64,000 nt of DNA from Octopus bimaculoides (lineage: Eukaryota). Positions 28,979 through 41,421 of the stretch are shown piece after piece (positions within the stretch are counted from its first letter, which is position 1; every line of letters starts with the position of its first letter). The notes beneath the pieces were generated by a model. The model was not told where the DNA came from and ran no database searches. It worked only from the letters and a program-made list of their open reading frames with translations. The position numbers and the translations under genes were made by a program. The stretch spans positions 142,331,661 through 142,395,660 of the forward strand of contig NC_068982.1 of NCBI RefSeq assembly GCF_001194135.2. Reading direction: 5' to 3'.

Positions 28979-29422
28979 NNNNNNNNNNNNNNNNNNNNNN
29001 NNNNNNNNNNNNNNNNNNNNNNNNNNNNNNNNNNNNNNNNNNNNNNNNNNNNNNNNNNNNNNNNNNNNNNNNNNNNNNNNNNNNNNNNNNNNNNNNNNNN
29101 NNNNNNNNNNNNNNNNNNNNNNNNNNNNNNNNNNNNNNNNNNNNNNNNNNNNNNNNNNNNNNNNNNNNNNNNNNNNNNNNNNNNNNNNNNNNNNNNNNNN
29201 NNNNNNNNNNNNNNNNNNNNNNNNNNNNNNNNNNNNNNNNNNNNNNNNNNNNNNNNNNNNNNNNNNNNNNNNNNNNNNNNNNNNNCGGATGTAACTATGA
29301 TTTAAAACTAAATTACGACTACTACATATTTCAAGGTAAACGTAATCTATTATATTGACCCTTCCACCGCTAATGCCTGATTGGCGCTATCTATATTTTG
29401 TTGATCAATAAAAGATTAAAGG

Positions 29423-29673
29423 AGTGGAGATGCGTGGCTTAGTGGTTAGGGCGTCAGCATCATGATCGTAAGATTGTGGTTTCGATTCCTGGACCTAGCG
29501 ATGCGTTGTGTTCTTGAGCAAAACACTTCATTTCACGTTGCTCCAGTCCACTCAGCTGACAAAAATGAGTAACGCTGCGATAGACTGGCGTCTCGTCCAC
29601 CTGGGGAACACATACGTCATTGAAACCGGGAAACCGGGCTAGGGTTTAAAAGCGCGCATTTACTTTTTATTTA
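29423..29673 (+). mobile_element. tRNA-derived CORE-type SINE (head 2 + CORE + tail X) with probable TSD
   Basis: A box TGGCTTAGTGG, B box GTTTCGATTCC, CORE-like 'tgtgttcttgagcaaaacacttcatttc'; near-perfect 12-bp flanks aaagattaaagg (29411-29422) and aaggattaaagg (29674-29685). Confidence 0.85.
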
Positions 29674-30564
29674 AAGGATTAAAGGCTAAGCGGATCACGG
29701 CGGGATACCAACTAAGACGTTGAGTGACATAATACCACAAACAATCAAACCATCTCCATTCATATTATATCATCACAAATGGCAGCTCGAATCTCTTTGA
29801 CGGATGCAATGTACGCATTCTGAAAGAACACCGCTTTCCAGTTATTGCTACTAGTATATTGCGTTTTACTACGGAAGCAGAAACACGTGTCAAAGGCTCG
29901 TCCCTTAGCTGCCGACAATAATCCCATCTTTTTTTCCATAATACCATTTGGTAATTGTGACATCTGAAGACGAGGAGATCATTTTAACAAATCAATTTAT
30001 GTTGTACAGTATTTGATATGACTACATTCGTCTGTTTTTCATATACATGACATTGCGTTACCTTACCTCATTCTTGATCACATTTTTAGCACATAGCACG
30101 CGCACATACATATATCATCATCGTCATCACGGCTTCGCTTCGTGAATGTTTTGTCTTTTTTTCCTTTTTCCGAAAGGTTTTTTTTTAACCATATCTCGAC
30201 TATAGGTTCAACACTGGTTAACAAGGTCAATACGAGAGAGAAAGAGGTCATGCCGCCCTTGTGTGAGACCCGCAAAAGTATTTTCAGTTCACGAATTATA
30301 GATTTACTAATTTTAATGCAAAAACTATGTACTGAGATAAATACTCACATTTTTGATATTTTGGCGATCAAGATTTTGTGACTAATGATTTGCAACAGGT
30401 TGATAAACATCTGACAGATTGCAAAGGAATCGAAAAACCGACAATTTGTGAAAAACGAAATATGGCACCTAGAAAAGGAAATGTGACTATGACACGTTGT
30501 GATCTTAAACGTTATTCTCGTGATATATCACTGTTTTATCTACTTCAAATAGTATGTTTTTCGT

Positions 30565-30875
30565 TTGCTTATTCTTTCATTGTTTGACTGGTTTCAGTCA
30601 TTTCACTGCGGCCAAACTGGAGCACCATCTTGAAGGGAATTTATTCGAAGAAATCAGCCCTAGGCTTATTTCTTCAGCTTAGTACTTATTCTATCGTTCC
30701 CTTTTGCCGCATCGCTAATTTACGGGGACGCAAACACACCAACACCGGTTGTCAAACGGTAATGGGGGCACAAACGCAGACTCAAAGACAAATACACATA
30801 GATATATGTAAACCTAAGACATATATGTTTGTGTGTGTGTGTGTGTGTATGTGTATCTATCTATCTATCTATCAA

Positions 30876-30933
<58 letters not shown>

Positions 30934-31155
30934 NNNNNNNNNNNNNNNNNNNNNNNNNNNNNNNNNNNNNNNNNNNNNNNNNNNNNNNNNNNNNNNNNNN
31001 NNNNNNNNNNNNNNNNNNNNNNNNNNNNNNNNNNNNNNNNNNNNNNNNNNNNNNNNNGGCCTGCGACTATAGAAGACACTTGCCCAAAGTACCACACAAT
31101 GGAACTGAACCCGGAACCATGAATTTGGGAAGCAAGCTTCTTACCACAAACCTAC
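30565..31155 (-). mobile_element. Probably full-length SINE family T with an internal microsatellite spanning a gap
   Basis: Head and CORE at 31058-31155, body and tail at 30565-30790, both on the same strand and in order; TG/TC/TA repeats and N-gap 30934-31057 lie between them. Confidence 0.7.
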
Positions 31156-31242
31156 GTCCGTTTGTTTATTTGTTTTTATTTGATGTTTTTTTGTTTTGAT
31201 TTTTGTACTTTTTGGGACGTAAGACATTTGTGATTTACGCCA

Positions 31243-31350
31243 AGCAAGTGGCAGAGTCGTTAGTGTATCAGTTAGATTGCATCGTGATAATCATTCTGCT
31301 TCTGGGTTCAAATACCGATACAGCCAACATGGCATTTTGTATTTGTCTTA
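31243..31350 (+). mobile_element. Degenerate SINE family N head
   Basis: 'agtggcagagtcgttag...ttctgggttcaaatacc' gives A-box and B-box-like motifs. Confidence 0.45.
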
Positions 31351-32299
31351 GCTGGCTGGAAAGGCGATAACCTAACAGTCCAGTACTATAAGAAATTCTT
31401 CATTTACCTGCCACGATTTCTTGAAGAAACCGTCGTCAAACATGGAGACCGAAGGGATCCACGAGGGCTAAAAATGTCCAAGATTTGACGTAGGTTATGA
31501 TGACACACCTACGACTCCGTAATTGTTTAGAGTGCCTAAAGCAAAGCTCTATGAATTACGTTATCTATAAATACTCCCAGTGTTTATAGATAACATTATC
31601 GGATTCAGCGAAGTTCAAACGTTCTACTCAACATGTCTCCATTTACTACAGAATTAATTTAGATTATTTATTTCCATGAGTGCCTACACGGAATGGAATT
31701 ATTATTGACATTAATGATGAATCTTATTATTACGTATTTAATTTAAATTGAATAAAAATACAGATTTAATAATACTATATTTGTCAACATTTAAATAAAG
31801 TGGTGTTTAAAGAGCTAAAGATACAGGAACTATTATCGATGTCATTTGCACAAATATTCTGAGTATATAAGGTTGATTTTGTTTCATCTACTTTGGACGT
31901 AAATTAAACCATTTATAATTAAATATATTTAATTCATTTGTGTGTTTAATCATAACAGGCATAAAAATCTCATTTATCCAACCCCAAAATAACATTATCT
32001 TGGTTATCATGTGTGATATGATATATATCTTAGAAATTGACCGTCTTAGAGAATTCAACCATGAACTATAAAAAAAGTATAAAAAAAACAGCTAATGCCC
32101 ACAATGGGTCACGGCTTCGTATCATGTATGTTGCTTTTGCGCCATTATTTTTTTTATTTATCTGCGTATGAAGTTGTGAACAGATATAAGCTAATTCTTG
32201 ACTCTTCCATCATTTGTCCCACCAAAACATTCAGGAATAAAGAGTGCTGCAGCACTATGTTAGTACTAGTTTATATATGAACGCATTGAAGCTATTGGA

Positions 32300-32405
32300 T
32301 AGGAAGTACCTTGCTCAAGGACTCAATGCATCGAAAGACGAGGTGTTTGAAGTACAATTGTATGGAGGTGAATCAAACGCCAAAACCATTGGGCCATGTC
32401 CTCCA
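32300..32405 (-). mobile_element. Degenerate CORE-SINE head
   Basis: Minus strand 'ggaggacatggcccaatgg...gagtccttgagcaaggtact'. Confidence 0.5.
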
Positions 32406-33074
32406 TTAAAGAACATATACTAATACACTTATGTTTATGCATACCAATATGACGTCAGAGTGTTACAAATAAAATACAAAAAAAACAGGGTTGCTGAACT
32501 TCTGAACGATACAATTTACTGTTTCAAAATACTTAAAACATTACAATCCGCAAAAAATATGCATTTCCAAAATATGAACAATATTTTTATATGAAGAATA
32601 GATGTATACCCCATACTGGGATGAACAGTGAAAACAGCAATGGTCGTAATCCTCTCACATCCACATTATATACATATATATATATATATGCAGTATGGGA
32701 ACTTCCGGAAAGGGCATACACACAAAATCAGACTGGATAATGCAGAAAATGCAAATTACTGCAGACTTTGAAATAACGTATTTGATATCAACTACTACAT
32801 TTTGGGATGCACATCGCGATACGTACTCTTGCGGGTGGATATTTACAAGACGGATATACTGAAAAAAGTGGGTTCAATATGGTGGGAGTGAAATGTGTAT
32901 TGTACGGTAAAGCGAGAGGTGTAAAATCAATTGCTTGATTATACTTAGCAATTTCTTCAAACTCCAATAAATATCACAAAAGTTCCAATATCATATATAT
33001 CCAAATGTGTTACAAAGATATTCCAAAGTAATATATATATTTAAAAAATAATTATTAACATTGGTCGTTATTAT

Positions 33075-33190
33075 CATGATTGGCAGATGCCCCCAGGCTC
33101 TTGTATGGTACTTACTTTAGCGACCTTAGAAGATTAAATGCCATATTCAACTCCAATGGCATTTGAACCAAGAAAGTAAAGATGAACAAC
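33075..33190 (-). mobile_element. Degenerate SINE family N
   Basis: 'ggtacttactttagcgacc..ggcatttgaaccaagaaagtaaag' resembles 1130-1265. Confidence 0.45.
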
Positions 33191-33622
33191 TATATGCTTT
33201 CCTGGAAATATTATTTCGAAATCATTTTTATTAGATATCAATCAATGTCTCCGATTTCCAAATTAATTTCTGTATACGAGGCAATTTATCACTCTATAGA
33301 ATAGAAGATACAGTTTGTTGTCAATAGGAATAGAGAAGTAATGTCAAAGGTTATAGGAATCATCTGATATCCAATATCTATTGAAAATAACTCATAATCC
33401 CTCATCGACATTTACTACAGCATTTTGACCATAATTTAACACATTCTGTTTATCTAATATGATATCGTATAGATGACCTCTTTCGGGAATACGCCAATGA
33501 TTTATACTTAGAATACAGACATGGGTGTGTGCGTATATATATATATATATATATATATATCCTGTGTATGTGTGTATGTGCCTCTATATGCGCGTATGCA
33601 TATATATATGTGTGTGAGTGTG

Positions 33623-33653
<31 letters not shown>

Positions 33654-33990
33654 ATCTATGTATGCGTACTTATTTGTATGTATCAGTGTGGTGATATATA
33701 GAGAATTATACCCGTTCACACGCGTTCGCACATTTGCATGACAGTCGGTACAGTATAAGGGAAACCCTAGGTGTCATTCTCAGTATGTACCCCTACCTCT
33801 GTGTGCCTGAATATCCATACATACATACATACATACATACATACATACATACATCCATACATACATACATACATGCATGCATGCATATATGCATATATAT
33901 AAAAAAGATGAATAACAGAACTGCCTAAAAATTGGGAAATTATTCCTACTGAATCGACCGCTTTGCGTAATTCGAAAACATAAAGTTGCG

Positions 33991-34037
<47 letters not shown>

Positions 34038-35394
34038 GTGTGTTTGAATACAGTTTTGTGCGTGCGTCTGTGTGTGTGTACGTTTGTGAGTATTTTGTCT
34101 GTCTGTATACGCACACACGCATACACACGTACACGCTCAGATATGCATACGTACTTAAATTAGATATAGAGAACCAGTTGGATAAATAGATTATTTTGGT
34201 AGGTATTTCTATTGCTTCTTTGGTAATCAATGTTTTTATTTTCAATATTGACGGATACGATATTGTATACCGTTCCATGAGTATATATAGCGTCCCAGAC
34301 ATTTAACAGAGCAATATAAATTCATTTATAATTATATACGCTACAGAAAACTCTGTTCACAATCTTACCCAATAACTGTTGAATCAATCCCTCTGAAATT
34401 GTGAGATCGAAGTCTCATAATTAGAAGCCGAAATATATTAAATTCAAATCAATTATTCATTCAGCATTGATTAAAACATTCGAAGGAGTCAGTCTTTATT
34501 TGTTGCGATTTTGCCACTATGTTTTTATGGATCACTGCAACCTGCTTTTTATGTCTCACAACCGGCACCAACACAAGTTATAGCTTCCATAAATAAATGC
34601 ACTTTTAACTTCTTTCTCTACTATGTTCCAACCGATTTTCTTTGTCTTTTTTTTTCTCTCGGTCAAATGATGTTACATCAAATATAGAAGCTCCAAATAT
34701 ACTGAATAAATTAAATTACCTCCGTAAAAGAAACAAAATATTTAATATATTCTAAATTAACCACCACATTTCTGAAAGAAAATGTTTCACAGATATTTAT
34801 TAGGAAAGGCATTCTTACTATAGCCAACTATAGCCTATTTAAGAACATGTTTAGGAAACATTACCTAACGTATCTTTCTAAATGTTACGATGGAAGTATA
34901 TATTCTGAGTAATATTATAAGAAGGTTCTCAATGAATAGTTGTCACTGATATCACAGCTACTAATTATATAAATCAACCAGAATAAACATTTTATTCTCG
35001 GAGACAAATTATAACACGGATTTTCACCTAACAGGTATTTATACATATATGTATGTCTTGGTGTGTGCGCGCACTCATGTGTTTATCTACTGTGACATGG
35101 GAGCTATAGGAATATTTGGTTTTATAGAGGCCTAAACGTGAAATTTGGGGAGGTTACACGATTGCATTTACACCAAAACATATTAAATTCAAATCCCACC
35201 AAGGTCAAATTTTACCGTCATATCTGTAGTTATAGGGTCAAATAATCTACCAGTGAGGACTAAAGTCGATGTCATTTACTAAACTTGCCCTAAAAAGTGT
35301 TGGTTTCGTACCTTCGTTGGAGAAACATAATACAATATTCTTATCTAAATACACTTGTGCATACATACATATTACGTAGGTATACACCCCTCTG

Positions 35395-35499
<105 letters not shown>

Positions 35500-38252
35500 G
35501 AAGGTTTGAAAATGCACTTATTTTTTTTTAAATATTCATTTACTTAACCGGTTTCACTTTTTTAGAAAAAGATTATCAAAAGTCTTTGAGAATNNNNNNN
35601 NNNNNNNNNNNNNNNNNNNNNNNNNNNNNNNNNNNNNNNNNNNNNNNNNNNNNNNNNNNNNNNNNNNNNNNNNNNNNNNNNNNNNNNNNNNNNNNNNNNN
35701 NNNNNNNNNNNNNNNNNNNNNNNNNNNNNNNNNNNNNNNNNNNNNNNNNNNNNNNNNNNNNNNNNNNNNNNNNNNNNNNNNNNNNNNNNNNNNNNNNNNN
35801 NNNNNNNNNNNNNNNNNNNNNNNNNNNNNNNNNNNNNNNNNNNNNNNNNNNNNNNNNNNNNNNNNNNNNNNNNNNNNNNNNNNNNNNNNNNNNNNNNNNN
35901 NNNNNNNNNNNNNNNNNNNNNNNNNNNNNNNNNNNNNNNNNNNNNNNNNNNNNNNNNNNNNNNNNNNNNNNNNNNNNNNNNNNNNNNNNNNNNNNNNNNN
36001 NNNNNNNNNNNNNNNNNNNNNNNNNNNNNNNNNNNNNNNNNNNNNNNNNNNNNNNNNNNNNNNNNNNNNNNNNNNNNNNNNNNNNNNNNNNNNNNNNNNN
36101 NNNNNNCATATACACATACACACATATGAGCACACACAACACCCTAACAAATATTAATCACACACATACACACTCACACAAACGTGCACACACATACACA
36201 CACCATCCTACCATAGATAAAACACACAATGCTCATATACACATGCTACACACGCACGCACGCACACAAACATAGACATACACATACATATGAACCATCA
36301 CACACATACGTTTGCTTACACACACACACACACCACAATGATATTTAAAACAAAACACCCACTCAGGCAGAGAGACACCCACACACACCCACACTCACAC
36401 AAAACACTCCCACGCACACACACAGATGCACACATACATACACACACATACGCACACATACGTACACACCCTCACACATACATACGGTTGCTCTCACACA
36501 CACACACACCACAAGGACGATCAAAACAACACATACATACTCAGACAAAGAGATATACGCACACTCTCACGTACACACACCTAACATCCCCACCGACACA
36601 AAAAACGCTCAAACACACNNNNNNNNNNNNNNNNNNNNNNNNNNNNNNNNNNNNNNNNNNNNNNNNNNNNNNNNNNNNNNNNNNNNNNNNNNNNNNNNNN
36701 NNNNNNNNNNNNNNNNNNNNNNNNNNNNNNNNNNNNNNNNNNNNNNNNNNNNNNNNNNNNNNNNNNNNNNNNNNNNNNNNNNNNNNNNNNNNNNNNNNNN
36801 NNNNNNNNNNNNNNNNNNNNNNNNNNNNNNNNNNNNNNNNNNNNNNNNNNNNNNNNNNNNNNNNNNNNNNNNNNNNNNNNNNNNNNNNNNNNNNNNNNNN
36901 NNNNNNNNNNNNNNNNNNNNNNNNNNNNNNNNNNNNNNNNNNNNNNNNNNNNNNNNNNNNNNNNNNNNNNNNNNNNNNNNNNNNNNNNNNNNNNNNNNNN
37001 NNNNNNNNNNNNNNNNNNNNNNNNNNNNNNNNNNNNNNNNNNNNNNNNNNNNNNNNNNNNNNNNNNNNNNNNNNNNNNNNNNNNNNNNNNNNNNNNNNNN
37101 NNNNNNNNNNNNNNNNNNNNNNNNNNNNNNNNNNNNNNNNNNNNNNNNNNNNNNNNNNNNNNNNNNNNNNNNNNNNNNNNNNNNNNNNNNNNNNNNNNNN
37201 NNNNNNNNNNNNNNNNNNNNNNNNNNNNNNNNNNNNNNNNNNNNNNNNNNNNNNNNNNNNNNNNNNNNNNNNNNNNNNNNNNNNNNNNNNNNNNNNNNNN
37301 NNNNNNNNNNNNNNNNNNNNNNNNNNNNNNNNNNNNNNNNNNNNNNNNNNNNNNNATATATATATATATATATATATACAGAAATATATAAAAACACAAC
37401 GCTCATTATTATATTAGGAGATTAGCAGTGACCGTCCTTGGAAATTATTAGGTTTGCTGTATATATGGGTATATATATATATATATATGCCGGCATGTTT
37501 ACGTACACATACATAACGACACGCGCGTGCACACACATGCACATACATATGCATGTTTATCAAAGGTTCCTTCTCTCACCTTCTCTTCCATCTTTCTCTC
37601 CCGCTTTCCATCTCTATCTCCCTCCCCACACTCTTTTCTGTTCTCCTCTCTATGTTTCACTTTCTCTCTCTCTTTCTCTCTCTCTCTATTTCTCACCAGC
37701 TACCACATCCTCAGTGTTCCACGGGGGTGAAATGTGAGACGACCAAATGCCTACGTAGCCACCTAAATCACTTAGCGAAAAACGGAACATGCGAGAATAT
37801 TAGTATACTTTTTCGAGTTTTTATTGTCTGATTATTATACTTGTAATAAGAAAACCACCTCAAAAAAGCATTTCTTTATTAGACTGTAAGGTTAAAAACA
37901 TGATGTTATGTGAAATGTTTGGGTCCAAGACAAAATGACTGACATAAATATTGATTTTAATATTTCTATTTTCTCACGTATATTGCTTGTACAGGTTTTC
38001 CATTTATATAGGATTACCTTGTTATGATTTTTGACTACATTACGCGTCAAAGGCTCTGTGTTTCCGTAACATTAAAATATATTGAACAGTATACTCAAAT
38101 GCATACACACACGCGCACGCACACGCACACACACATACACACACAAACACACACACACATATGTGTGCGTGTGCGTGTGCGTGTGTGTGTGTATATATAT
38201 ATAATATCATGTTATATATATATAGTACATGCACATATATATGCATGCACGC

Positions 38253-38348
38253 ATAGGCGCTGGTGTATATGTTAAGTAGCTTGCTTACGAACCACATGGT
38301 TCCGAGTTCAATTCCACTGCATGGCACCTTAGGAAAGTGTCCTCTTTC
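38253..38348 (+). mobile_element. SINE family T head
   Basis: 'agcttgcttacgaaccacatggttccgagttcaattccactgcatggcaccttaggaaagtgtc'. Confidence 0.7.
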
Positions 38349-38360
38349 ACAAATATATAT

Positions 38361-38381
<21 letters not shown>

Positions 38382-38407
<26 letters not shown>

Positions 38408-38518
38408 TGAGAGAGTGAAAGAGAGAGAGAGAGGGAGAGAGAGGGAGTGGGAGAGAGAGAGAGAGGGAGAGAGAGAGGGAAAGAGAAATGGAGAGAGAGA
38501 GAGAGAGGGAGAGAGAGA
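38382..38518. repeat. (GA)n microsatellite
   Basis: Directly visible. Confidence 0.95.
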
Positions 38519-39944
38519 ATAAAATAAATATCAGCAGTTTTTGTTTCTACTCCTGATAGGATATAGCATAGTTAATATACGTAAGGTGCACTGAAGTCGA
38601 GTGTATTGGTAAGGTTTGCCTGGTATGTTATTTCACGTCCATTCAAACACTGTAACAGGAATTCCTAGATACAGTACACGCCTAAATCTCTAGTATTCCT
38701 TACGACATAAATTGGCTTTATGTCGAGCTGGGCATGATAGCAATCTAACTTACCTCAATTTACAAAGCGTACAATTCGGCTTAATAAATGAGGGATTCGT
38801 TAAGACATACAATGACTTTCAAGAACAAATAGATAGAATCATGTCTGCTCGAATGCCTGTATTGGTAAATCACCTCTATTAGAGCTGAGCTGGGATAAAC
38901 AACTAACTTCAACAGCAACAGCAATTAATATTTCTTAATCAGTAGAACCTGAATTTAATTCACAATCGTAGCTATTATTGTTTCTAGTACGCCGTTAACA
39001 AAACGAAACCTTGTTTTGATTTAATAAATCATCGAAATTAATTATTACTAAACTTAATAAAACCGAAGATTATTTGTTAAAATACGTTCCTCAAATAATC
39101 GATCGGATATTATGCAGCATCTGTTACAAATGAAGAAAAAGCATGAAAAATATGAAGAAAAAAAAAAGCATTATGCGAAAATATTAAATACGGTGAAAAA
39201 GGACAGCGTTTGCTCATAAAATAAAACCAAATAAAACATTACAGCTATTTTTGAAAGATGCGCAAAAGGGAATGCGGCAATTGTTTGTTGAAACGAAGTT
39301 TGACAGAGTCTAAAAAGACTGCTCTTGTTAGATTTGTATGATCGTGCACTCAAAATGAAAGTTGGATTTTTTTTAAAAATAACATCCACTTCCTCATGAG
39401 ACCTTCAGCAACATGATCTTTTGTGAGGAAGATAAAAAGTCTGATAATTTTGCTAAATGTAAAATGCTATGTGTGTCTTTCGGATTCTTGATGTGTTAGC
39501 CACTCTGAGATGGCACATTTTCTGAAACTAACTGGATATAATATTTGTCAGCTATTAAAAGCCAGCGGTTCGTGAAACACAGGAGACTAGATGTTAAGGA
39601 AATCGGTATCAGAGCAAGAGAATATTTTATGATCGATATGCAGAGAAATTATTTATATTATTAGCAAAGTACAAGAAGTACTCAACACCTAGTATAGAAC
39701 AGTCAAGAATGGGGAATGGGGATGTATATGATACCACTAATAGCCGGATTCTCTATTTAAATTATCATATTTTTCCATTGTCCACGTAAACGATTCTGAA
39801 TAGATCATAAACAGTCTAGAACAACTTCATCACTTGAAAAATCGAAATACTTTAAAAACTTCAATGTGAAATTAGAATAAGTTAAATTACTTTCATTTTC
39901 TGTCAGTCTACTCCAAAAATTTACACACATTCTTAAATGATAAT

Positions 39945-39989
39945 AATAACAATAACCATAATAACAGCAACAACAATAACAACAACAAT

Positions 39990-40073
<84 letters not shown>

Positions 40074-40115
40074 TATGATAATAATAATAATTACAACAAT
40101 AATGATGAGGATTAT
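39945..40115. repeat. (CAA)n/(TAA)n compound microsatellite
   Basis: Directly visible. Confidence 0.95.
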
Positions 40116-40204
40116 AATAAAAACAGCCCAATTTACTGACCACTGGTGTCGCAAAAATATATAGATCAGAGATTAAGGCTAGTGGAGATTTACTTAAACA
40201 CATT

Positions 40205-40365
40205 TAAATTATTCTTTTCTATTCTAGGAACAAGGCCAGAATTTTTTAGGAGGAAGCCGGTCGATTAGATCGACACCAGTAAGCAACTAGTATTTAATTT
40301 ATCGATCCCAAACGGATGAAATTCAAAGTCGACCTCAGGGGAATTTGAACTCAGAACGTAAAGAA
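40205..40365 (-). mobile_element. SINE family N, 5'-truncated
   Basis: 'attctaggaacaaggcc..gtcgattagatcgac..tttatcgatccc..ggatgaa..aaagtcgacctc..gaatttgaactcagaacgtaaag'. Confidence 0.8.
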
Positions 40366-40409
40366 ACTATAGCATAGGCTACTTTATTTTTACAAATATA
40401 TATATATAG

Positions 40410-41185
40410 TGATGCATCATTTCACATGCATATTGTCAAGTTGACAGCAAAGAGCAGACAACTGGCAGGGTGGATACTGAGGACATTCCGTACAAGGGAT
40501 CAAAAAGTCATGTTGATTCTATGGAAGACATTTGTCCTGAGCCGCCTAGACTATTGCTCTCAGTTGTGGTCACCACACAGTGTTAAGCGGACAGCAGAAC
40601 TCGAGGCAATTCAGCGTCACTATACAAAAAAGATCGCCACAGTCCAACAGATGAACTACAGGGAGCGACTGAAGGCACTAAGTCTCTACTCCCTGGAGCG
40701 CAGGCGGGAGAGATATGTAATAATATACATATGGAAAATATTAGAAGGACTGCTGCCAAACTTTGGCATCAAGTACTACAAGAATGCCCACACAAGTCGC
40801 CTCTGCATGGTACCAAAGCTGCCGTCCACTGCGTCTCACATAAGAACGAGGTACTGCAACAACCTCGGTTTCAGAGGACCTCAGCTCTTTAATGCCCTAC
40901 CAAAACATGGATATAGAGGTCTTCAAGACAAAACTCGACGCTTTCCTCTCCACGATACCAGACGAACGAATGGGTCGCATGAGACACAGTTTAGGGCAAC
41001 GATGTCAAATTCTCTTATACACCAGATGTACCATCAAAACTCTTGATTGGACTATATCAGGTGGAGGAGAAGAACCATGCACGGAACGTGAAGGGAGCAC
41101 AGCATAAAGACGGAAAGTCACAGTGGTGCTCCAGCATGACCACAGCCACTTGGTTGAAACCCATACATAAATAAATAAAAAATAA
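40410..41185 (+). mobile_element. 5'-truncated CR1/L2-type LINE; ORF 40426-41046 encodes the post-RT C-terminus
   Basis: RLDYCSQLWSP..LEAIQRHYTKKI..YRERLKALSLYSLERRRER..WKILEG..GPQLFNALPK is a typical CR1/L2 ORF2 end. A frameshifting deletion (~40905) moves VFKTKLDAFLSTIPDE into another frame. (TAAA)/(TACA) tail. Confidence 0.9.
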
Positions 41186-41371
41186 ATATATACATACATA
41201 CATACATGCATACCTCATATGTACATACAGACGTCGGTATGTACATGCATTGCAGAAGTCGGGAGATTCATGTGTTAATATTTATGAAATTTATCAGCCC
41301 ATGAGTCACTTTGTTGCTTCTGCTAAACACACACACACACACACACACACCCACACACACACACATACACA

Positions 41372-41421
<50 letters not shown>

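Noticed and set aside
36290-37417. ORFs of 130-375 aa spanning N runs
   Set aside because: Their length comes from X residues in assembly gaps.
40426-41046. 206-aa ORF as a host gene
   Set aside because: It is the C-terminus of a CR1/L2 ORF2, 5'-truncated and frameshifted near 40905.
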